A DNA stretch of 64,000 nt from Bacteroidales bacterium (GTDB lineage Bacteria; Bacteroidota; Bacteroidia; Bacteroidales; WRLA01). Made by a program: the position numbers and the translations under genes. The stretch lies in the NCBI GenBank assembly GCA_963676725.1, contig OY781463.1, forward strand, positions 4,332,640 to 4,396,639, read 5' to 3'. Of this stretch, positions 37,507-46,509 are shown piece after piece (the stretch's first letter is position 1; each line of letters opens with the position of its first letter). The notes beneath the pieces are model-generated. The model had not been told where the DNA came from, did not search any database, and saw nothing but the letters and a program-made list of their open reading frames with translations.

Positions 37507-37525
37507 AATGTCAAACAGAATCTGT

Positions 37526-37918
37526 TTATAATTTCCCCGTTTCCCAAGCGATTTTAAGCTCGTCAAGAAAAGCATGGATATTGGGGATGCTGTAATAAAC
37601 GCTATCTTCATTCAAAACAATAACTGGGTAAGAAAAACCACCAGCTTTATTATTGCGGGCTTTATTCACCCATTGCTGCATTTCAGAACGGTTTTCGGCT
37701 ACGCCGATATTTTTTCCAAGATATGGGATTTCATTCTCGTCCAAAAACTCTTTTGCAACATGGCATTTCCCACAGCCATCATTATGAAATAAAATAATTT
37801 TCTGAATACTGGTGCTATCCATTTGCACAGTTTCGCTTCCTGAATTTGCGGGGCTTTGCGCTTTAAGCCCTGTATATGAGAACAGGCCAAAAATTAGTAG
37901 GGCGATAAAATATTTCAT
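37526..37918 (-). CDS. Secreted glutaredoxin/thioredoxin-fold protein (CxxC)
   Basis: The redox motif is HNDGCGKCHVAKEFL. The ORF track starts at 37945, but those first 9 codons overlap the ferritin terminator hairpin. The ATG at 37918 gives a signal peptide (MKYFIALLIFGLFSYTGLKAQ). Confidence 0.65.
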   Translation of the reverse strand: MKYFIALLIFGLFSYTGLKAQSPANSGSETVQMDSTSIQKIILFHNDGCGKCHVAKEFLDENEIPYLGKNIGVAENRSEMQQWVNKARNNKAGGFSYPVIVLNEDSVYYSIPNIHAFLDELKIAWETGKL

Positions 37919-37930
37919 TTTAAATAATTT

Positions 37931-37967
37931 TAAAAAAAGCTGCATGGAATAATCCTCCAGGCAGCTT
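37931..37967 (-). terminator. Terminator after the ferritin gene
   Basis: On the minus strand, GAAGCTGC...GCAGCTT forms a 7-bp stem (37937..37943 pairs with 37961..37967) followed by T7. Confidence 0.5.
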
Positions 37968-37991
37968 CATTAATCAATACTTTAATTCATT

Positions 37992-38504
37992 TTAAGCAGT
38001 AGTCTCAGGGCGGGCAGCTGCCATTGTATTTAATTCTTTATCCATATGGAAATATCCTCCTTTTGCATCGCCGATAAGACGGATTTTATCGAGGATATCA
38101 GACATAGTGCTTTCCTCTTCAATTTGCTCATTAATAAACCACTGAAGGAAAATACCTGTTGTATAGTCTTTTTCATCCAAGGTAATGCTGTACAACTCAT
38201 TAATAGATGCTGTGATATAGCGCTCGTGCTCCAGCACTTGTTCAAAAACATCTAAAAGTGATTTGTATTCAAAAGCCGGCTTTTCTAATTCCGCCAATGT
38301 TGAATATCCGCCCCTATCGTTCAAATAATGCACAAACTTCATCATATGGTCGCGTTCTTCAACACTTTGTTCATACAAAAAAGCGGCAGCGCCGGGAAAA
38401 CCATTTGTTTCACACCAAGATGCCATAGCAAGATAAAGGCGTGAAGAATGTTCTTCTTTCTTTATTTGCTCATTAATTGCTTCTTCTAATTTTTTAGAAA
38501 TCAT
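37992..38504 (-). CDS. Non-heme bacterial ferritin
   Basis: The ferroxidase-centre pattern is present (EEHSSRLYLAMASW ... EERDHMMKF ... EHERYITASINELY ... FLQWFINEQIEEE), and the 170-aa size fits. Confidence 0.85.
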   Translation of the reverse strand: MISKKLEEAINEQIKKEEHSSRLYLAMASWCETNGFPGAAAFLYEQSVEERDHMMKFVHYLNDRGGYSTLAELEKPAFEYKSLLDVFEQVLEHERYITASINELYSITLDEKDYTTGIFLQWFINEQIEEESTMSDILDKIRLIGDAKGGYFHMDKELNTMAAARPETTA

Positions 38505-38531
38505 ATCTCTGTGATTTTTTTTGTTAATAAA

Positions 38532-39413
38532 CTATCCATTAAGTGCTTCCGCCCCGCTAACTATTTCTACAATTTCGGTAGTAATCGCAGCCTGACGGGC
38601 TTTATTGTAGGCCAGATTCAGGTCTGACAACATCTGTGTTGCGTTGTCTGTAGCCTGATGCATGGCCGTCATACGTGCACCATGTTCTGAAGCATAAGAA
38701 TTGAGAAATGCTTTATACAATTGCACTTTTAATATTTTAGGTATCAATTCTTTAACAATAATTTCCCTGTTTGGTTCAAAAATATAATCTGTATTTTGGG
38801 TTTCATTCTGATTTACTTCTGCATCTGATACAGGTAAAAATTGTTCATCAACAACATTCTGTGTTCCCGGATTAACAAATTGATTGTAGATTACGATTAC
38901 TTTATCGTATTTAGAGGAAGTAAACATGTCCATAATCTGTTGTGCAAAAGCAGCGACATCATCAAAATTCAGGCGGTCGAACAAGTCATCATGCCTACTG
39001 ATTACAGGGTAAGCTAGTTTTTGCATCAGTTCACCCACTTTTCTACCGGAACAGATAATTCCGATATTTCCGGCATCGAGCTGCTGTTTATAGGTTTCAT
39101 CAATAAGTTTTCGTGCTCTTTTATACACATTTGCATTAAAAGCGCCACAGAGTCCCTTATTTGAAGAAAGCAAAACAAAAAGCACTTTATTTTCGGCGCG
39201 TTTGGTGCTGTATGGGCTTTGTTGCTCTTCTGGAAGGCTCGCCATAATATTCTGCATGATCCGACTTAATCGGTTTGAATAAGGCCGGAGTGTAAGCACT
39301 GCATTTTGGGCTTTCCTCAATTTTGATGCAGCAACCATTTTCATGGCGCTGGTAATCTGTTTTGTGGATTTTACCGATTCGATGCGTGTACGTACTTCCT
39401 TAAGGTTTGCCAT
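38532..39413 (-). CDS. atpG: F1 ATP synthase gamma subunit
   Basis: The N-terminus MANLKEVRTRIESVKSTKQITSAMKMVAASKLRKAQ and the C-terminus ITTEIVEIVSGAEAL are present. The gene follows atpA. Confidence 0.95.
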   Translation of the reverse strand: MANLKEVRTRIESVKSTKQITSAMKMVAASKLRKAQNAVLTLRPYSNRLSRIMQNIMASLPEEQQSPYSTKRAENKVLFVLLSSNKGLCGAFNANVYKRARKLIDETYKQQLDAGNIGIICSGRKVGELMQKLAYPVISRHDDLFDRLNFDDVAAFAQQIMDMFTSSKYDKVIVIYNQFVNPGTQNVVDEQFLPVSDAEVNQNETQNTDYIFEPNREIIVKELIPKILKVQLYKAFLNSYASEHGARMTAMHQATDNATQMLSDLNLAYNKARQAAITTEIVEIVSGAEALNG

Positions 39414-39445
39414 TGTATATCTTCCTTAAATTCGAAATAGGATTA

Positions 39446-41026
39446 TTAAATCTTGTAGGAGGCCGAAATCTCTGCTGCCACTGTTTCCAGTGTTTTGGCA
39501 AGTTCATCGCCCCATTTACCGGAAGCTAATGCCTCAAGGGTATCACTATACTTTTGCTCAAGATATCCCAAAAATTCTTCTTCAAAATCGCGCACTTTGT
39601 CCACAGGAACATCGCGCAGCAAGCCTTTTGTTCCGGCATAAATAATAGCGACCTGCTTCCCAATTGGCACCGGTGAATATTGTGGTTGCTTCAGGATTTC
39701 CACATTCCTTTTTCCTTTATCAAGAACGGCAAGTGTTGAAGCATCCAAATCAGAACCAAATTTTGCAAAGGCTTCAAGTTCACGATATTGAGCCTGATCC
39801 AATTTAAGCGTTCCTGATACCTTTTTCATGGATTTCACCTGAGCATTCCCTCCAACGCGCGAAACCGAAATTCCCACATTAATCGCAGGGCGAATGCCGG
39901 CATTAAACAAATTGGTTTCAAGGAAAATCTGTCCATCAGTAATAGAAATCACATTCGTAGGAATATATGCAGAAACATCACCGGCCTGAGTTTCAATAAT
40001 TGGAAGTGCCGTAAGCGATCCGCCGCCTTTTACTAATGGCCTTAAACATTCTGGCAGGTCATTCATTTTCGATGCTATTTCATCGGATTGAATAATCTTC
40101 GCAGCACGTTCCAACAAACGTGAGTGTAAGTAGAATACATCACCGGGATATGCTTCACGACCCGGAGGGCGACGCAGCAAGAGAGAAACTTCACGATAAG
40201 AAACAGCTTGTTTTGAAAGGTCATCATAAATCACCAAAGCATCGCGGCCTGTGTCGCGGAAATACTCACCAATGGCAGCTCCAGCAAAAGGCGCATAAAA
40301 CTGCATTGCTGCAGGATCAGATGCTGTTGCTGCTACCACAATAGTATAGGCCATTGCGCCATGTTTTTCAAGCGTATCAACAATATTGGCAACAGTAGAG
40401 CCTTTTTGTCCAATCGCTACATAAACACAATAAATTGGTGTGCCTTTATCGTAGTATTCTTTTTGGTTAATGATGGTGTCAACAGCGATGGCTGATTTTC
40501 CTGTCTGTCGGTCACCAATAATAAGTTCACGCTGGCCTCTTCCGATAGGGATCATCGCGTCGATGGCTTTAAGCCCTGTTTGTAATGGTTGACTTACAGG
40601 TTGGCGAAAGATTACGCCGGGAGCCTTACGTTCCAGAGGCATTGTGAATTTCTTTCCACCAATTTCCCCTTTTCCGTCAATTGCATTTCCAAGTGTATCA
40701 ACAACGCGTCCGAGCATCCCTTCTGAAAAATCGATAGAAGCAATTTTTCCGGTACGTTTTACTGTATCTCCTTCTTTTAGCAGGGATGTTTCCCCGAGCA
40801 GTACAGCTCCAACATTATCTTCCTCAAGGTTCATGGCAATACCCATTACATTGCTACCAAAATCGAGAAGTTCGCCGGATTCAACATTATTCAGTCCATA
40901 AACACGAGCAATACCATCACCCACTTGTAATATAGTGCCTACTTCCTGCAATTCGCTTTCGCTTTGATAATCGCCCAGTTGTTGGCGCAATATTGCGGAT
41001 ACCTCAGCGGCTTTAATTTTTGCCAT
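39446..41026 (-). CDS. atpA: F1 ATP synthase alpha subunit
   Basis: Walker A GDRQTGKS and typical alpha-subunit blocks ([23 protein letters not shown]) are present. Confidence 0.95.
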   Translation of the reverse strand: MAKIKAAEVSAILRQQLGDYQSESELQEVGTILQVGDGIARVYGLNNVESGELLDFGSNVMGIAMNLEEDNVGAVLLGETSLLKEGDTVKRTGKIASIDFSEGMLGRVVDTLGNAIDGKGEIGGKKFTMPLERKAPGVIFRQPVSQPLQTGLKAIDAMIPIGRGQRELIIGDRQTGKSAIAVDTIINQKEYYDKGTPIYCVYVAIGQKGSTVANIVDTLEKHGAMAYTIVVAATASDPAAMQFYAPFAGAAIGEYFRDTGRDALVIYDDLSKQAVSYREVSLLLRRPPGREAYPGDVFYLHSRLLERAAKIIQSDEIASKMNDLPECLRPLVKGGGSLTALPIIETQAGDVSAYIPTNVISITDGQIFLETNLFNAGIRPAINVGISVSRVGGNAQVKSMKKVSGTLKLDQAQYRELEAFAKFGSDLDASTLAVLDKGKRNVEILKQPQYSPVPIGKQVAIIYAGTKGLLRDVPVDKVRDFEEEFLGYLEQKYSDTLEALASGKWGDELAKTLETVAAEISASYKI

Positions 41027-41062
41027 AATATCTATTTTCTACTGTTAATACTCTTTATGTAT

Positions 41063-41602
41063 TTATCTTGAAACCAATTCATTGCGCAGCTTTTCCAATT
41101 CGGAGCGCACACTGGCATCAACCCTTTTATCTTCAAAATTCAAAACAAAGCCACCGATAAGATCCGGATCGGTTTTTTCTGTCAGCTCTATTTCTTTTCC
41201 TGTATATGATGCTAATAAGCTGATAATTTCCTTGCGGCTTTTTTGATCAACAGCCACAGCACTAATAATCTCGGAGCTCAGTATTCCTTTCAGCTTTTTG
41301 TATTCAGAAATAAACTGTGCAGCAATTTCAGGGATAAAAGAATCGCGCCCTTTTTGGATAATAATCCTTAAAAACCTCAAGCTTATTTCGCTAATTTTTG
41401 ATCCAAAAATGGCATCAACGATTTTAATTTTTCTGCTTTCACGTATTACCGGGCTTTTGAACAGCGCAATCAATTCACGCGATTCTTTGCAGGTATTGAG
41501 CACCAATTCCATATCTCCGGCAACTGCGTCCTCATTTTTCCCTTCGACAACAAAATCCAGAAGGGCTTTGGCGTAGGGCCGTGCTATATGTGTTGATTTC
41601 AT
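41063..41602 (-). CDS. atpH: F1 ATP synthase delta (OSCP) subunit
   Basis: The gene lies between atpF and atpA, and the N-terminus ARPYAKALLDF is typical of OSCP/delta. Confidence 0.85.
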   Translation of the reverse strand: MKSTHIARPYAKALLDFVVEGKNEDAVAGDMELVLNTCKESRELIALFKSPVIRESRKIKIVDAIFGSKISEISLRFLRIIIQKGRDSFIPEIAAQFISEYKKLKGILSSEIISAVAVDQKSRKEIISLLASYTGKEIELTEKTDPDLIGGFVLNFEDKRVDASVRSELEKLRNELVSR

Positions 41603-41690
41603 ACGAATAAATTATCTGAACCGATAAAACAAGAATAAATGTTTCCTGTGCAAAGTGATGAAGCTGCAAACATTCTTCTGTTTTATTGAT

Positions 41691-42185
41691 TTAATTAAAA
41701 TTCACTTCCTTAATAAGTTTGGCGATGAGTTCCTGTTGTTTTTTATCGTCCGATAATTTTTCTTTCAGGATCTGTTCTGCGATTTTCAGTGAGAATTCAG
41801 CCAATTGATTTTTCAAGTCTTCTTTTGCTGCTGAAATTTCTCTGGCAGCATTTTCGTTTGCCATTTCGAGAATACGCTGGCCTTCAATAACAGCTTTCGC
41901 TTTAGCATCTTCGATCATTTGGTCGCGCGCAGCACGTGCTTCTTTCATGAGTATTTCACGATCTGCGCGGGCTTCTTTGAGGAGCTCATCGTTTTTCGAT
42001 TTCAGTTGTGCCATTTCTTCTCTGGCTTTTTCGGCCATTTTTAGGGCATCATCAATACTGTCTTCACGTTGCTTCAAAGCCAGAAGAATAGGTGCCCAAG
42101 CGAATTTACGTAATAAGAACAGAAGGATGAGAAAAGAAACAGTCATCCAAAAAATCAATCCCAAACCCGGATTCACAAGTTCCAT
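41691..42185 (-). CDS. atpF: F0 ATP synthase subunit b
   Basis: A single N-terminal TM helix is followed by a long charged coiled coil. The operon position fits. Confidence 0.85.
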   Translation of the reverse strand: MELVNPGLGLIFWMTVSFLILLFLLRKFAWAPILLALKQREDSIDDALKMAEKAREEMAQLKSKNDELLKEARADREILMKEARAARDQMIEDAKAKAVIEGQRILEMANENAAREISAAKEDLKNQLAEFSLKIAEQILKEKLSDDKKQQELIAKLIKEVNFN

Positions 42186-42266
42186 AACAATATATTATTT
42201 AATTTTTTTTCAAAAAAAGCTTTGCATCCCGGCCAATCGCAGGGATGCAAAGACAAAATCCATTGC

Positions 42267-42536
<270 letters not shown>

Positions 42537-42569
42537 TTATTTAAGTGAGTACATGGAGATCCATAAATA

Positions 42570-43769
42570 TTAATGATGCTCTTCGATGGCCATGCCAAAA
42601 TACAAAGCCGAAAGGAGCGTGAAAACATATGCTTGAATAAATGCGACCAAAAGCTCGAGTACGCTCATAAAAACGCTAAAGAGCAGAGAAACCACGCTAA
42701 CGCCCATTCCAAGCCATGCATTGATGCCGCCAAAGATAAAAATCAAGCTCATAAAGCCCAGAACGATAATATGGCCTGCCGCAATATTGGCAAAAAGCCG
42801 CACCATCAAAACAAAAGGCTTCGTGAATACGCCAATAATTTCAACAATAGGCATTAAAGGAATCGGGAATTTTAACCACCAAGGCACTCCCGGTGCATTT
42901 ATAATGTGCATCCAGTAGTTCTTATTGCCGCTAAACGTTGTGATTACAAAAGTGAATACGGCAAGCACCATTGTAACGGCTACATTACCGGTAACATTTG
43001 CCCCAAACGGGAAAATAGGTATGAGTCCCAATAAATTGTTCAGAAAAATAAAAAAGAACAAAGTGAGCAAATAGGGCATGTATTTCTCATATTTTTTCTC
43101 GCCAATACTGGCTTTAGCAATATCATCGCGGATAAAAAGAATAATCGGTTCAAGCAGCGATTGCATTCCTTTTGGCGCTTTGCCTTCTCTGCGGCTGTAT
43201 GCTTTAGCAATTCCAATAAATAACCATAAAAGGATAATCATGCTGACGAAAATGGCCATTACATTTTTTGTGATGGAAAAATCGTATGGTAGTGTTGAGG
43301 ATGTATCTTCCGTGATAATGCCTCTTTCGAGGAAATCGTTGTCAACAATCTTTACGAATTTGCCGGCATTATCGCCTGTATGTGCAATGGCAAAACCTTT
43401 ATAAGCAGCATGTCCATGCTCAATATGTTTTGAAGAAAAAACAGTAATTTGAGCATCGTGAATTAAAATAACCGGAAGATATACTGTTATATGCGTATGG
43501 CCAAAATCGGCAATATGCCATTCGTGCGCATCAACAATGTGCTCGATAATCATCTCTCCGGCATTGTATTCTCCCTCATAAATCTCTTCGTAGGGAGCAT
43601 CAGCTTCAGGCAGCGCAGCTTCATTATTTTGCTCATTATGATGAGTTTGAGCCAATAATATTGGGGTCGTCCATTGATACAAAAAGACGGTAATAAGCAG
43701 TGCCGCAGTTAGGAACTGCAGTATATTTTTGACGGTAATTTTGCTCTTCTTTTTCATAAAATCAACCAA
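42570..43769 (-). CDS. atpB: F0 ATP synthase subunit a (with long N-terminal extension)
   Basis: The C-terminal helices contain the essential Arg block (LMVRLFANIAAGHI). It is the first gene of the atpBEFHAG operon. Confidence 0.9.
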   Translation of the reverse strand: MVDFMKKKSKITVKNILQFLTAALLITVFLYQWTTPILLAQTHHNEQNNEAALPEADAPYEEIYEGEYNAGEMIIEHIVDAHEWHIADFGHTHITVYLPVILIHDAQITVFSSKHIEHGHAAYKGFAIAHTGDNAGKFVKIVDNDFLERGIITEDTSSTLPYDFSITKNVMAIFVSMIILLWLFIGIAKAYSRREGKAPKGMQSLLEPIILFIRDDIAKASIGEKKYEKYMPYLLTLFFFIFLNNLLGLIPIFPFGANVTGNVAVTMVLAVFTFVITTFSGNKNYWMHIINAPGVPWWLKFPIPLMPIVEIIGVFTKPFVLMVRLFANIAAGHIIVLGFMSLIFIFGGINAWLGMGVSVVSLLFSVFMSVLELLVAFIQAYVFTLLSALYFGMAIEEHH

Positions 43770-43806
43770 TTAACCGGATTTCCGTGCAAGTTTATAAAAT
43801 ATTCTC

Positions 43807-43814
43807 CAAATTTA
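43807..43814 (-). promoter_or_regulatory. Bacteroidetes-type -7 box on the minus strand (TAAATTTG)
   Basis: The plus strand reads CAAATTTA, an exact TAnnTTTG on the minus strand. It lies 38 nt upstream of the atpB start. Confidence 0.35.
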
Positions 43815-43985
43815 TCCGCTTTTGCCCTGATTTTTATTCAGGACTTAGTTTGCTCAATTAAAGATTTTTCTTCCATCGATGCATGTCTTATGCTCCTTTT
43901 CGTGCAAAAAAACAAATATCAAAAAGATTAATCGTATAATACGGCCGCCCCCTCTAAGAACGATCTTAATTTTAAAAAACTAATT

Positions 43986-44345
43986 TCAGGCTGTTGATGT
44001 AGCATAGTCAATATCCTTTTTTCCGGCCTGGGTTCTACTTCTCTCGCGTATATCATCTGTAATTTGATGGGAAAGCAGTTCGGCAACCATCATCAAAACA
44101 CTTAAATCGTCGGTAAAACCCATGCCTACAATAAAATCGGGAATAAGATCTGCAGGAAGAATAAAATAGCCAAGGGCTGCAGCAATGAGAGCCTTGCTTT
44201 TAATGGGCACTTCCTTCGATTTCATAATATTCATCAAAAGAAACACCATATAAAGCAGCTTTTCCTTCCCTTTATTGCCAAGGCTTTTCAGCTTGTCAAC
44301 CAAAGCCTTCACTGAATAATATTTATCAAAACCTGCTAAATCCAT
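43986..44345 (-). CDS. DUF1232 (YkvA-like) small membrane protein
   Basis: Family signature: YFILPADLIPDFIVGMGFTDDLSV. Confidence 0.7.
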   Translation of the reverse strand: MDLAGFDKYYSVKALVDKLKSLGNKGKEKLLYMVFLLMNIMKSKEVPIKSKALIAAALGYFILPADLIPDFIVGMGFTDDLSVLMMVAELLSHQITDDIRERSRTQAGKKDIDYATSTA

Positions 44346-44518
44346 CTCCCTATTTATTTGCTAAAACGATGCCCATAGATACATTAGTACATGAATCCTT
44401 AAAAAAAATGAAAGCCATTCTTCTATCGTCTCTAAAACCGAACCGCTGTTTTGGTTTAATGTTCATACATCAAAAGAATAAGGCAGTAAAAAACATCATC
44501 ACCCATATCTACTTATTT

Positions 44519-45952
44519 TTATTCTTCCCCGACCACAGTCACCTTAAGCGAATTTGTCTTTCCTTTCACATAAAATGGCATGCTGGCAGTATTGATCAAC
44601 AAATCGCCATCCTTAACAATATTTTTTTGTTTTAGCTGGTCAATTGTATTATTCACTATTTCAACCGATGTTTTGATATCGCCTTCGATGAGCAAACCTG
44701 TAATACCCCACACTAAGCTAAGCTGCTGCAATAAGTATCTATCATAGGTTAGGGCGAATATTCTGGCCTCTGGTCTGTGGCTAGCCATTTTTAGTGCAGA
44801 AAAACCGCTATGAGTAATTGGGAACAATACTTTTGCATTTATTTGGCGTGCCAATTTACATGCATCAAAAATAATAGCCTCAGATAAATATCTTTCACTC
44901 TCCGGGTGCTCAGGCTTATTGTGTTTATAATAAATCGATTGAAAGCTTTCCACATCTTCAATGATCCGGTTCATGGTAACCACGGCCTCAACAGGATGCT
45001 CCCCTACGGATGTTTCTCCGCTCAGCATCAGTGTATCCGCTCCATCCATAACAGAATTTGCAACATCGCTGGCTTCTGCGCGTGTTGGTCTGCTGCTATT
45101 AATCATGCCTTCGAGCATTTGCGTGGCAACAACAATTGGCTTGCCGGCTTGGATGCATTTTTTAATCAATTTTTTTTGCAACATCGGGACTTTCTGAAGC
45201 GGGATTTCCACTCCAAGGTCGCCACGGGCAACCATAATTCCTTCGCTCACTTCAATGATCTTGTCAATATCGTTGATGGCTTCCGGCTTCTCAATTTTTG
45301 CCATAACCCAAGGCATTCGATCAGGATTCGCATTTTTCATCAATTGCTTTAGGTCAATAATATCTTTTGCTTTTCGCACAAAGGAGAGGGCAATCCAATG
45401 AACGTCCTGAGTCAGGATAAAAGCAAGGTCATGGCGGTCTTTATCGGTCATAGATGGCAGAGACAGCAAAGTGTTTGGCATATTCACCCCTTTTTTTGGA
45501 CGCACCGGTCCGCCTTCAATCACCTCTACTTCAATATTTTCAACTCCATCTGATTGTACAACACGCACACAAATCTTCCCATCATCAATAAGAAGATGTT
45601 CCCCGGGACGCACGTCCTGAGCCAATTTACTATAGCTCACATACATTTTTTCCTTCGTCCCTAAACAGGGTTTTGACGTAAAAAGCAACTTCATGCCCTG
45701 ATGGAGCATTACTTCCCCGTTTTCAATATCGCCAAGCCTGATTTTCGGCCCTTGCAGGTCTGCAAGTATGGCAATATTGCTGTTCATCTCAATATTTAAT
45801 TCCTTGATGGTTTGTATTAGTTTTCCATGTTCTTCATGTGTGCCATGTGAAAAATTCAGGCGACAAACATCCATCCCACTTTTTATCAACTGCTTTAAAA
45901 CAGTTCTGTCTGCAGATGCCGGGCCAATTGTGGCAATAATTTTTGTTCTCAT
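44519..45952 (-). CDS. pyk: Pyruvate kinase
   Basis: The blocks MRTKIIATIGPAS, RLNFSHG, MVARGDLGVEIP and ATQMLEGM are present. Confidence 0.95.
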   Translation of the reverse strand: MRTKIIATIGPASADRTVLKQLIKSGMDVCRLNFSHGTHEEHGKLIQTIKELNIEMNSNIAILADLQGPKIRLGDIENGEVMLHQGMKLLFTSKPCLGTKEKMYVSYSKLAQDVRPGEHLLIDDGKICVRVVQSDGVENIEVEVIEGGPVRPKKGVNMPNTLLSLPSMTDKDRHDLAFILTQDVHWIALSFVRKAKDIIDLKQLMKNANPDRMPWVMAKIEKPEAINDIDKIIEVSEGIMVARGDLGVEIPLQKVPMLQKKLIKKCIQAGKPIVVATQMLEGMINSSRPTRAEASDVANSVMDGADTLMLSGETSVGEHPVEAVVTMNRIIEDVESFQSIYYKHNKPEHPESERYLSEAIIFDACKLARQINAKVLFPITHSGFSALKMASHRPEARIFALTYDRYLLQQLSLVWGITGLLIEGDIKTSVEIVNNTIDQLKQKNIVKDGDLLINTASMPFYVKGKTNSLKVTVVGEE

Positions 45953-46473
45953 TAGTTTAATGTTATTTTCTTTCTGGGTTTTCCTTTATAAGAAGTCTTT
46001 GCAGAATTCTTTTTTTGTAGCTCAATGAGATGGTATTCCAAATCATTGATAATAAAGTTCATTTGATTAAAAAGCTTACGCATTGAGGCTCCGGTGTTTT
46101 TTGTATACCGTAGCTCGTGGCAACTGATTACCTGATCGAGGCAAGAAATCTGATCAATCATTGAATTGACATTGTCTTTTGTAAAAATTCCCTTAAGTAA
46201 AAGATAATAAGACGGCATTAAAACAGAATATTGGCCTACTTCCGAAATCAGAAAATAGTCGTGATGCCTGTTGGGGCTCCAATTGTAGAGTGAATAAAGC
46301 ACATCTTCTTTATTTCTCGCCTGATATACACGCAGGTCTTTCAAGCGGTGCAGGCCAAAACGCATATTTTTATTTAAGCGATAGCATAGACCATAATCAG
46401 GAAGTAATGTGCTTATTTCCAACACAATATATTCATCCTGAAAGTCAAATCCGCTATTAATCTTGTTTTTCAT
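45952..46473 (-). CDS. Conserved hypothetical protein translationally coupled to pyk (possibly the Bacteroidetes IPExxxVDY family)
   Basis: Its stop and the pyk start share one base (TAATG on the minus strand). The LLPDYGLCY segment loosely resembles the IPExxxVDY signature that I recall occurring next to pyk in Bacteroidetes. I did not verify this. Confidence 0.4.
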   Translation of the reverse strand: MKNKINSGFDFQDEYIVLEISTLLPDYGLCYRLNKNMRFGLHRLKDLRVYQARNKEDVLYSLYNWSPNRHHDYFLISEVGQYSVLMPSYYLLLKGIFTKDNVNSMIDQISCLDQVISCHELRYTKNTGASMRKLFNQMNFIINDLEYHLIELQKKNSAKTSYKGKPRKKITLN

Positions 46474-46509
46474 ATGCTTTAATTACACGCTCAAATTACA
46501 AAAAGCTCC

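Noticed and set aside
37309-37557. An 82-aa ORF in the track could be a small gene.
   Set aside because: Its only recognisable part is the decayed peptidase 3' end. It runs through the terminator hairpin and into the 3' end of the convergent gene, so I treat it as a relic and not as a gene.
44369-44635. An 88-aa + strand ORF lies between the DUF1232 gene and pyk.
   Set aside because: Its 3' third overlaps the pyk C-terminus antisense. It has no motifs, and the region is better explained as a 3' UTR/terminator spacer for pyk.
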